The notes beneath the pieces were generated by a model. It saw only the letters and a program-made list of their open reading frames with translations. It did no database searches and was not told where the DNA came from. From positions 2,813-66,812 of the IMG/VR virus record IMGVR_UViG_3300046804_005087: 64,000 bases of DNA; one strand, written 5' to 3'. Shown here piece by piece: positions 19,635-29,700 of the stretch (positions are counted from its first letter, which is position 1; the number at the start of each line of letters is the position of its first letter). This stretch comes from a virus. The translations under genes were made by a program, and so were the position numbers.

Positions 19635-20029
19635 GACGAATCAAACACCACTACCGTTTGAAACAAAAATTGCTTGCAGGCGTAGACGCGGTTAACAACG
19701 CCTACCAGTCTGCAATGACCACGGTTATTTCAGAGCCCCGTCAATGGACATACGGGTTTGGTACCACCTATCGGCAAAATGGGGAGGTAATTGAGGGGAG
19801 TTTTCGCAATATTGTCGATTTAGCTAATCTCAAAAATTCCCAATCGATGATCCGCGAGGGGATGCGGACTACCTACCAGTGGGATGGTATGGGTGAAACG
19901 CCCCCAATCATTGTCCACGAAGGCGCTACGCTGCCCAGTGGAAAACAAATACCACCCCGTCGGTGGACTGAGGTGGCAGCGGATGAGCTTGACTGGCAAG
20001 CGGCGTTTGTATCTGGGTTTAATGCGTGA
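19631..20029 (+). CDS. Tail completion/neck protein (HK97 gp10-like)
   Basis: RNIVDLANLKNS...VHEGAT...PPRRW. Confidence 0.65.
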   Translation: MRRIKHHYRLKQKLLAGVDAVNNAYQSAMTTVISEPRQWTYGFGTTYRQNGEVIEGSFRNIVDLANLKNSQSMIREGMRTTYQWDGMGETPPIIVHEGATLPSGKQIPPRRWTEVAADELDWQAAFVSGFNA

Positions 20030-20031
20030 TT

Positions 20032-20367
20032 TTAGAGCTTAGACACTTTTACACTGACACGCCCCTGGGATGGCTTAGCGATGCGTTTAAACGCGGCTTT
20101 GGACAGGTCTATTGAACAGTTACCGCACCGGTCGGTGATGGTTACGATAACAGATTTGCCAGTACGCCGGTTAGTCACCTTGACCCGTTGCCCTAGTCGG
20201 TAACGGTTACTCGCAGCGGTCATCGCATTAGGGTTGTAACGCGCCCCATTTGCCATTTTGCGCCCCGATAAACTGGGATGGTAGTAGGTAGCAGTTTGGG
20301 CGTTGATCGGGGCGTGGGGCAGTAGAATTGACGCGCCTAGAATAATAGCAATGAGTCTGTTTTGCAT
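20032..20367 (-). CDS. RlpA-like double-psi beta-barrel lytic transglycosylase with signal peptide
   Basis: ATYY...MANGARYN..MTAA...VKVTN...VTITDR..IDLS.AAF. Confidence 0.88.
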   Translation of the reverse strand: MQNRLIAIILGASILLPHAPINAQTATYYHPSLSGRKMANGARYNPNAMTAASNRYRLGQRVKVTNRRTGKSVIVTITDRCGNCSIDLSKAAFKRIAKPSQGRVSVKVSKL

Positions 20368-20432
20368 GATGTTTGCTTAGCTAAATTACAAACATTTTAA
20401 ACATAGTTAATCATTTTACGCAACTGGTTATT

Positions 20433-20648
20433 ATGGCTGTACCACCTCCTGACTACGAAGAACACGAATTAAGACGACCGTGGCATTTTCAGTTCCCCAA
20501 GATTGAAGACTGGGCATATTTACTAGTCTTAGGAACTATCTGTGTTGGGGTCAGTAATGGCGACCTAAACAATTTAGGTCAACAATTAACTGGGGCGGCG
20601 CTAGCGGCTTTTAACCATATTGTTAAAGACCGAAAAGATAACGATTAA
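20433..20648 (+). CDS. Small membrane protein (holin-like)
   Basis: Two hydrophobic segments and a charged C-terminus. Confidence 0.4.
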   Translation: MAVPPPDYEEHELRRPWHFQFPKIEDWAYLLVLGTICVGVSNGDLNNLGQQLTGAALAAFNHIVKDRKDND

Positions 20649-20657
20649 AATGATGCT

Positions 20658-20828
20658 ATGAAACGTATTAAGCACCACTATCGACTAAAGGAAAAACTCA
20701 TCGCAAAGGTAGACGATGCTAACAATGTCTATCAGTCTACAGTAGAAGATGTTGTACCAGAAATATCGCAATGGCTTCAACTCGCTAATACAATGCAAGG
20801 TTTGGCAAATATTAAAAAGTCCCCGTAG
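20658..20828 (+). pseudogene. Truncated paralog of 19631-20029
   Basis: MKRIKHHYRLKEKLIAKVDDANNVYQS vs MRRIKHHYRLKQKLLAGVDAVNNAYQS; ends after 56 aa. Confidence 0.65.
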
Positions 20829-20846
20829 TGGGGGACTGGTTATGGA

Positions 20847-21548
20847 CTAATGCTTAATTACCAGCGTTGTAGTTTCCGGTAGATTAGCGTCTGGGTAGCA
20901 CAATCGCCATACGTCATGAGAATACAAGTTCTTCCACTCAAAACGAGGGCAGGGAACTCGCTTAATTTCCTTTTTGAGAAACAGACTCATTGCTTTTAGC
21001 TTGCGCCATTTAAACTTTGTTTCAGAGACATCATTAAACTTGGCGATACGGACAATGGAACTGTAATCGAACAACTCATCAACAGCTTCTGACAACAGTT
21101 CATTTTCTTGCTCTAGCAGTTCCTTTTCAGCCTGTGCCTTCTCAAGTTCTAACTGCAATCGCCCCGCTTCTAACAATGCTTCCCCGTAGGATTTCGGGAT
21201 ATTGGCGATCGCCGTTGACTGGACTTCAAACCCTGCTAGTTTGTGCAACGAAGCACGAATTCCTAGTTTAGAAAACTTTTTTAGCAGTGACGGATTGTCT
21301 TTTTCTAGCCAATCAGCCATTGTATTTTCGTCGATGAGCCGTACTCCTTGAATCCCTTGCCCTGTCTGGATTTCAGCCGATTTAAAGTTGTCTTTCCGTA
21401 CCCCTCCCATCCGTGACGATATGGTGGTTTTTGGGACACCACTCATTCGGGAATAGCCTGCTTGAGTCGCAAAGCTTTCGCCGGTTTGGGTATTGATGAC
21501 CAATTCAATCCCATCTTTGTCAAAACGTTCGTAACTTACAATACTCAT
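20847..21548 (-). CDS. Antirepressor-like DNA-binding protein (paralog 1)
   Basis: N-domain shared with 50311-51039; IPKSYGEALL coiled coil typical of Rha/KilAC-type antirepressors. Confidence 0.7.
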   Translation of the reverse strand: MSIVSYERFDKDGIELVINTQTGESFATQAGYSRMSGVPKTTISSRMGGVRKDNFKSAEIQTGQGIQGVRLIDENTMADWLEKDNPSLLKKFSKLGIRASLHKLAGFEVQSTAIANIPKSYGEALLEAGRLQLELEKAQAEKELLEQENELLSEAVDELFDYSSIVRIAKFNDVSETKFKWRKLKAMSLFLKKEIKRVPCPRFEWKNLYSHDVWRLCYPDANLPETTTLVIKH

Positions 21549-21689
21549 CAGGTTTTCTCCTATGTAGTTTAGGGGTTAACTAAAGTCCTCCAGGTGAGAC
21601 TGGGGGCACTACTCTATCTTAATTGCTTGCCCTAGACTCAAACATTTGATAAACGCAGGCACAAAAAAACACCACACGCCACACGCCGC

Positions 21690-21926
21690 TTAATCAAACG
21701 TCACGCCAAAGTCAACGCCTAGCACAGACTCAATTTTTTGAAGTGTTTCAAGCGGTATTGATTGCTTTCCCGATTCAATTCGATACCAATTAGCAGTAGT
21801 CATCCCAGCCAAGCCACAAATCTGCGTGATGGTTCGATCATCGTTTAGCCTAGCTTGCTTGATTCTTTCGTTCAACGCCGGGACTTGCACCCGCACAGTC
21901 TTAACTACTTCCATTGTCACTGGCAT
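21690..21926 (-). CDS. XRE-family HTH regulator
   Basis: RIKQAR...ICGLAGMTTANWYRIESG...LQKIESVLGV. Confidence 0.85.
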   Translation of the reverse strand: MPVTMEVVKTVRVQVPALNERIKQARLNDDRTITQICGLAGMTTANWYRIESGKQSIPLETLQKIESVLGVDFGVTFD

Positions 21927-21948
21927 GATGGAACACCTCAATCTTACT

Positions 21949-22035
21949 AAACTTATCGCCTCTATTATAACTCAAGGCGTTAAAAAGGAAACTTATAAAG
22001 TTGCGCTTGACAAACTTAGGTTATGGGTGTTTAAT
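21949..22035. promoter_or_regulatory. Divergent promoters with repeated AAACTTA operator-like sites
   Basis: TTGACA(22007)-17-TTTAAT(22030) rightward; TATAAT (21964-21969) leftward; AAACTTA at 21949, 21989, 22012. Confidence 0.6.
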
Positions 22036-22165
22036 GAAAAGTATGGAAACGGACAGCACACCGCAAGCCAAAAGTTAACTAAAGTGCGGATACGACAAAG
22101 CGACCGCCGCCCGTAGGAAGAACGCGATCGCCCTGAAAAACCAATTACAAAAAAGGTCTACGACT

Positions 22166-22414
22166 ATGTTAAGCCAAATCGATCAGTATCTGCCAGAGTC
22201 CGAGTCTATCCAAGAGACCGCCTACCGCTACACCGAGCATCTAGAAAATGAACGCATTAACGGCGAATGGGAGGCGATGACCGCGCCCTATGGTGTATTT
22301 GCCGATAAATCTCCCGAATGGTGGGAGGGATTTCTGACCGCATTAGCCCGTCGCAATGGGGTCAATGTTGCGGTATTAAACCAGCCTGCCCCTTGTGACG
22401 ATGACTGGTTTTAG
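22166..22414 (+). CDS. Hypothetical protein
   Basis: ORF downstream of the promoter. Confidence 0.6.
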   Translation: MLSQIDQYLPESESIQETAYRYTEHLENERINGEWEAMTAPYGVFADKSPEWWEGFLTALARRNGVNVAVLNQPAPCDDDWF

Positions 22415-22462
22415 TCGCCCTGGCAGCTAAGCAAATTAATTTAAACCATTACCGGGGGCGTA

Positions 22463-22690
22463 ATGCCCCTTACTACCATGACTAAAGTTGAACTGAATCG
22501 CATCTTAAAATCAGCCGGTCTTGACCCAAAAGCCTACAAATGCAAAAAGGAAACCTACTGGAAAATTTATCCCCAACCATACGAGAAGCCTCGTTTTGCT
22601 GAAAATATGGAGAGCTTAAAGGCTTATCTATCTAACAACGGGATTAAGTTTTTCGACAAATATGCCGACTGTTTTCAAATTTACGCCTAG
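22463..22690 (+). CDS. Hypothetical protein
   Basis: Preceded by GCTAAGCAAA and AAACCATTACCGGGG leader motifs. Confidence 0.6.
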   Translation: MPLTTMTKVELNRILKSAGLDPKAYKCKKETYWKIYPQPYEKPRFAENMESLKAYLSNNGIKFFDKYADCFQIYA

Positions 22691-22725
22691 CAAACCATTA
22701 CCGGGGCATCGCGCCCCTTAACACC

Positions 22726-23418
22726 ATGTTGACAATCACAGAACAAACTCAAGTCAAAAAATGGCTCCAAGCCGAATTAGACGGTGAACAATTCTCGGTA
22801 GACTTCGATGTTGCCTGGGTTATGGCAGGGTACAGCCGGAAAGACCATGCAAAACGTCGGCTAACTAATCAGTCATCTTTCTTAATTAAAGGGGAAGATT
22901 ACATGATTAACCCAAATGATGATCTACTCCCCCAATCGGGGGAATGGACGTCAGAAGGGCGTTTGAGTGACCGTATAGTATTATCATGTGACGCTTTTAA
23001 ACATTTTTGTTTAATGGCACAAACCACCAAAGGACGTGAAATCCGACAGTATTTCATCGAAGTAGAGAAAGCTTTTAACGCTGGCTACTCTGATGAGTTA
23101 CCCTCACGAGATATGTTAAATCGTGAAATTCAATGGTTACGGGATGAGTTAGCCAAATCCTATGCCGAAAAGTACAACGAACCTAAAAAGTTCCGTATTC
23201 ACTACCTCGAAACTGATACCCACTACGTTTACACATTGGTCTGTGTGCTTGGCGATCGCCGTTACGTTGAACTGATGAGCCATTCAATTCCCACGGTTAT
23301 CAAGGACAGCTTTAAACAGTCCTTGATGACACAATTTTATGCCCTGGTAGATTTATTAAACGCCATGAGTCGGGACTACAAGCCAGCGTTAAAAGGGACA
23401 GTTTACAGTTACAAATAG
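22726..23418 (+). CDS. AntA/AntB-like antirepressor
   Basis: VDFDVAW..AGYSRK.HAKR...DAFKHFCLMAQT.KG.EIRQYFIEVEK. Confidence 0.75.
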   Translation: MLTITEQTQVKKWLQAELDGEQFSVDFDVAWVMAGYSRKDHAKRRLTNQSSFLIKGEDYMINPNDDLLPQSGEWTSEGRLSDRIVLSCDAFKHFCLMAQTTKGREIRQYFIEVEKAFNAGYSDELPSRDMLNREIQWLRDELAKSYAEKYNEPKKFRIHYLETDTHYVYTLVCVLGDRRYVELMSHSIPTVIKDSFKQSLMTQFYALVDLLNAMSRDYKPALKGTVYSYK

Positions 23419-23451
23419 CAACGATCACGATCACTAAATTCAGAGGACAAA

Positions 23452-23709
23452 ATGAACAATCTTTATTCTTTATCCCAAGATTATGACCGTCTGCTTGATT
23501 TTTTAGACGACGGAGTTTTGATTGCCGCATTTGTTGACGGCGACATTGTAAAAGCCATCAAAATGAATCAAGACGATGAAGTAGACGATTTAAGCTGGTA
23601 TTCGATTGGAGTGCGCGGATTAACTTATTTTACAGGTGATTCCCGTAAAAAAATTATTGATTATTGCCAGCAAAAAAACCTTAAATGGATTGTTCCAATT
23701 GGACGCTAA
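23452..23709 (+). CDS. Hypothetical protein
   Basis: ORF with GAGGA SD. Confidence 0.6.
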   Translation: MNNLYSLSQDYDRLLDFLDDGVLIAAFVDGDIVKAIKMNQDDEVDDLSWYSIGVRGLTYFTGDSRKKIIDYCQQKNLKWIVPIGR

Positions 23710-23793
23710 ACAAAAAGGGGGACAGCCCCCCTGTTACCAACTCACGAAAATCAATCATATTGTTATTTTAAGCCCCCATTTAGGGGGATTTTT

Positions 23794-26700
23794 TTATCTC
23801 ATTTTACGCCGATAAACCCGTGCCCCCTCATCCTGAATCTGAGACTGGGAACGTCGGAAACTATCAGCATTAGGCGTGACCACGGTATAAGACTGGGTAA
23901 AGTTATTGACTACCTGATTGCGTTGATTAGAAATAGCTTGACGGGTCTGGGGACTAGGCAGCATTGTCTCCATGCCCCAATTACCGCGATAGTTGCGACT
24001 ATCGTTATAGAGTCGGTCAGTGCCATTAGCAAAACTAGGAATGTTGTCCCATACCCCCGTCCGTTTCAAAGCCCGAAACTTTTGAGCGTCGCCATTGAGC
24101 GTGGACAGGATAGCTTCCCCCTGATTGACTACGGCTAACATTGGCTGTTGCCCCGTTTGGGCTTTTTCCTTGGCCATCACCGCGTCTATGCCGTTAGCAA
24201 AATTCAAAATATCAACGTTGTCAATCCCTTCAGCAAAATTCAAGATGTCAACTTCATCAGTCCCCATAGCAAATGCCGGTAACTGTACGGTATCGCCGGT
24301 ATAACCTGAAGTGGGGATGAAAGCGCTAGCTGCGTTAGCCGCTCCAAACCCACCTGTAAACAGACCGGTTAACCCATCGGCAATCGTCCCAAATAATCCA
24401 CCACCACCCGCTTGCATCGCAAACTGATAAAGCGATTGAGTTGCAATCTGGAGAGCGTTCACAAATTGTAATAACGCCGATTGCTCCATACTGATACTGG
24501 TATTGGTGAAGCCTGTTAACGCTCCGGTAGCAGCCGTTAACCCCACTCCCATTTGTTCGGTCATCGTGGGGATAATGTCAGTGGCGTTATTCAGTGATTC
24601 AGTAAAGGGAACAATGGGATTTTGTTGATCCGTAGTCAGGGTAGCAGTCCCTAACTGAGTAGCAGTTTTAAACACCGAACCGGCATCAAAGCCCCCGCCA
24701 TTCTCCGGGGTAGGCATATTGGGGGAACTGTAACCAAACATGTCGGCTGTCCACTGGCTTAGGGTGTTCGTGACGGGTTTGAGTACCAGTTGGTCAAATA
24801 TCTGACTTGCCATTACATCAAGCAATTTAGTAAATGCCTGGGTAAAGTTGTTAGTCTGGAAAATCGCCTCTTTAAGATTGGCTCCCAATTCTTGAATAAA
24901 GGGGATAGCTTCTCGGAAAGACTTCTGATAATTAATCTCTGCTAATTCCTTCGATTGGGCGATAAAATCAGCTTGCGCTTGCCCCGTTAACCCCAAAGTT
25001 TTAGCCTCAGCTAACGCCCGTTGTTGAACAGTATCCAGTGCCATTTTGGCTTGAATAATCGCCCCGTCATTGACCAACGTACCGCCCAAATCGTAACGTG
25101 CTCCACTGATAGAAGCCATCAAACTAGCCGCTTTATCTAGGTAGTTTAGTTGCTTCTCAAGATAAGCATTATTAAACGCATTAGCCGCGGCAATGTCACG
25201 GGTCGCTAATAGCTGTTGTTTTTGGGTTTCCAGGATGCCAGATTGTGCATCGTATTGGTCAATCAATGCCCCAATCTTGTCATATTCTGACTGTAACAAA
25301 TCAGTGTTTAATCTAAGCTTTTTACCTTCCAAAATAGCCCATTGCTTAGTAGCTTTGAGGGTTTCCTTTTCTGCCACAAACAAAGCTATCTCACGCTGTT
25401 TATCTTCAATAGACCGTATTTGTTGAGTATAGTTCTGGAAGGTATCAATGCCAGATTGCCGCGCAGATTCCATGATGGTTAAAAACCCTTTGGCATTACG
25501 GGTCATCTGCAAAATAGATAGGGATTGGTCATTGATTGTACGGTCAGTCTCAATAACCGTGCGTTGCAGTTGGATACTAAATCCCGTTACATCATCAATT
25601 AGTTGGGCAAACTTCTCAATACTGTCTTGCTGAATCCCAGCCATCCGCATTTGAATTAATTGCTGATTTAATGCCGTTAGCCGGTTAGCCTGTTGGATTA
25701 ACGGATCGGTATTAACTTGTACCGGCTTAGGCAATGCCTGACCAGCATCAAAGCCTTGTAACTGTACCTGACTAGGATTTAATTCCCGGTTAACAGTATT
25801 CATAAATGACTGTTGTTTGACCGTGGATAGATTAAATGGCTGAGCCGTTAACGGTTGGTAATCAATTGCCTGGGGTTTGGCAGTAACAGCCGGGACGGGT
25901 TTGGTTGGTTTAGCTGTTTGGGGATTGCTAGGCTTAGCCGTGGTTTGATTGACTGGCTTATTAGATTGAACGGTTACAGTGTCGGCTTGGACAGTAAAAC
26001 CATTAGCCTTAGCGGCATTATTAAACTGCTTTTGAATCCGTTCATCACCATAGGAATTGTTAGCTAATTTAACCGCAACATCAGCTAAGTTTGTGCCCTT
26101 TGGCAAAAAGTCTTTATTGTTACGGGTGAAGGTACGTGCAAACTCTAAAAGAGTTTCTGGCTTATTGCCCATCAATCCCTCTAGTGTGTTACCAATACTG
26201 TCAATTAATCCCCCTAATTGTGCAGTCTGTCCAAGTTCAATCCCTTCAGGAATACCAAAGTTGAGCTTAGATTGCAGTCCTAGTGATCGCCGCCGCTGAA
26301 TGGTTTCATTGATGGCATCCCCAGCACGGTTAGGGGAGATAGAAGCACGATTGCCACCTGTGCCGGCATAACGTGATTGTCCGGTAGTCCGACCCGCTTC
26401 TGGGTATGCTAAGCCGATGCTAGCCCATTCCCGTGCTGATGATTGGATCGCCTCAGTTAACGACCCATTACGACCACTAGATAAAATGTAATTGCCAAGT
26501 TGAGGACGTTTATTTTTGATTAAGTCAATTGCCAATAAATGCTGGGTTTCGGGCGTAAATGGTGCATTTTCTAATCCTGTACGTTTTGCCGCACTTTTTA
26601 ACGTGGAAGGAATAAACTGATAGGCTCCTACCGCATATAATTGACCGGCATTTTGTTTGGCGATAATTTGATTAACAGTTATTTGCTCAATTGGTTTTTT

Positions 26701-29700
26701 AAACAATGACTGTAAGTTTTGACCGCTACTATCACCAGCTCGACCGCGATTAAAGGAACCATAGCCACCTTCCCCACTACGAATCAAACGTAACAAAGGC
26801 TCGAACGATTGAATTTCAAGAGACTGGTTAGATTGCGGTTGCCATTGGTTTTGTTGTGGCTTAGGTTGCTGTACTCGCTGTGATTGGTACGGATTGCTAG
26901 CCTTATTAACCAATCCACCATAGGCATTAGTGTACTGGTCGAGAATATAGCCGCCATTTTGATTAGCGTTCATTGCCCCGTTAAAAATACGGGGATCGCC
27001 AGGGGCGTAATCAGACGGGTTGAATTGCTGCAATTGTTGTGTAACCTGTTCCCAACTTCTTACCGGCTTAGCCGTATCATATTCAGGTTCATAAACGACT
27101 TGCCCATTGTCACCAACATAAACTTCCCCTTTAGAACTCTGGGTCGGCAATGCCATTTCATCAGTCCACAAACTAGGATTGTTATTATTAATTGTCGTCT
27201 GATTTGTTGCCTGATTATAAATAATTGATGACTTTGCACCGTAATTATTAGCTTGGGGAATCGCCGTGTTAGGACTGTAATTAAACTTACTACCAAGGGC
27301 GTTAGTTAATGTCTTAGACTCAGGGCTAGATTTATCATTGCGAGTAATCGTCCGGTATAAATCTTCAAACGCCCGCCGTAGATTATTAGTCGAATCGGTT
27401 AAGCCCCGTTGCAAGTCAACATAAGAACGATTTAACTGCCTTACTTGGCTGTCATATTCCCGTACATTTTCAATGTATTGTTCTTCGATTTGGCGTACCT
27501 GACGTAATCGACTAATCCGTTCTTTTTCCAGATTTAAGACATCGATCTTGATTTGTCGTTCATTGGTTTGATTACTAAATAACGATTCAGTAAATCGCAA
27601 CACCATCGCATTTAATTGACGGGCGGCGCTGTTAGAATTGCCAGGGGTAATGCTTAGGTTTTGGGTACGGAGCTTGGATAATTCTATGTTGCCTTTGGCA
27701 TCTTCTAAAGACTTTTGGACTGTTTCAATTTGAATGTTAAAATCAGCGCCTAGGTCTTGATAGGACTCGATTAGGTTGCGATTAGATAAGCGTAATTGAC
27801 GACTTGTTTCTGCTACCTGAAGCCCAAAATCTTCAATAGAGCGTTGATCTTGGATAGCTTGCTGTTCAATTTGCCGGTTAAGATCATAGACCTGGCGGGC
27901 GGTAGTCCTGAAATAGTCCTCTATTGTAAAGTCCATTTTAAGGTCATATTCAGCCTTAGCAATACTACTTGCCAGTCCAGACAATTCAACAGATTGTTCT
28001 CTTACTGTTTTTCTTAATTCTTCAATTTTGGCGCGTTTTTCTGATACATCACCAACGTTAGAAATTGATAAGGCTTTGCGTAATGCAAGGTCGTTTTCTC
28101 GCAGTGCATTAGCTGTTATTTCGTAATCACGTCGGTAGCTTTCTAACGCCACTAACTGACTTTTACGATTAACTACCATTGACCCACCGCCCTCTTTATA
28201 AATTTGGGTGTTTGTCATATTAGTTTGGATTGTATTTTGCGATTTTAGCCGGTCTAACTGGGACTGTACATCTAAAATTTTATTTAATACCCGATCCCAC
28301 GCATCTTCTAACGGCTTAGCAATATCACTAATGCCTTGACCCGCAAAATAGTTTTTAATGTCATCAGCCAACTGTTTAACAGGTTCTAACGCTGCATTAG
28401 CTCTTTCTTGAGCAGCCAATGGTAAACCAGAGTTTTTAATTGCCGCCGTTGCCGATTCTACATATTGACTTAAATCCTTAGAGTAGGAATCAAGGTCAAT
28501 AAATGGCTTAGCTAGTTCTTTTCGCGTCTTTAACAGATTGTTTAAATCTTTGTCAATAGACTGTATTTGTAATCGAGCTTGAGCAGTATTCTCTAGTCCT
28601 AGATTAGTCCGTTGGTCTGACAACTGATTACGTTTAGCGTCAATATCTTTTATTTGTTGAACAGCATTTAAGCCAGTATTGCTTAATGGTTTTGACAAAT
28701 CATTAACATCAAAAAGGGTGTTATCTTTTTGCAGTCTTTCTTTAATGTTTTTGTAATCCTGCTCATAACCAATCAACGTATCTAGCAATTGATTTTCTGC
28801 CATCGTAGGCGGCAATCCAACTTGCTGGGGAAAATAATCTTGAATACCTAATCGTTTAGAAGCTTCAATTCTGTCTTTCGTATTTTCCATTATAGCCGGA
28901 CGATTTAACTCTGCCCAAAAATTCATTAACGGGTTTTTAGTGTCTTTGGCTATTTTTTTTAGACGTTCGTATCCTGTGATTAATTGTTTAAATTTTTCTC
29001 TTTGTTGCAGAATAAAGTCATCAGACTTAAATGATTTCTCAGTGCGTCCAAAAAAGATAGTTTCAAAACTTAACTCTAACCCCTTAGATGGCAACTTGAT
29101 TGAGTTAATTTTTGAGTTAGTATCTTTAGCTTGCTCACCCAATGATTTTAAAGCCGACTTCATTGCATCGGTAGAACCAATTAAAGCGTTACGTGCCTTG
29201 TTAGATTCAGCTTCGATATTGTTAGAAAAGTCACTACGGGCAAATGCCATTACTCCTATTGCCAAAGCAGCCTCAGCGGCAATCATCGCTGTTCCCATTG
29301 CCAATCGTTGCGCCGCCATCTGTTTAGTGCGACGATTCAATAGCTCATCACGTTTAGCTTGATAACGAACTAACGCATCTTTTTCAGGATTCAAATTACC
29401 ATCTCCCATCATGGATTCACGACGGGCTTGGTATTCCTGTTTGAGCTGTCTTAATTCCTGTTGATTGTCAGCAATAGCCTTTTCTCTTGATATAGTCGAG
29501 CCGGTAGCCCGTGAATAATCAGACTGATAATTCCGAATGATTGATTCCCGTTTTTGCTTATATTGCATTAACGTATCAAGCGATGAGTCTAACTCTTTTC
29601 GTAATACGCTAAATTCACTACCAAATCGACTCATTACGTCTGTTTTTGTGACCCCTGACAATGAAATCAGCGTGCCACCAAAAAGGTCGTCTATTGTCCG

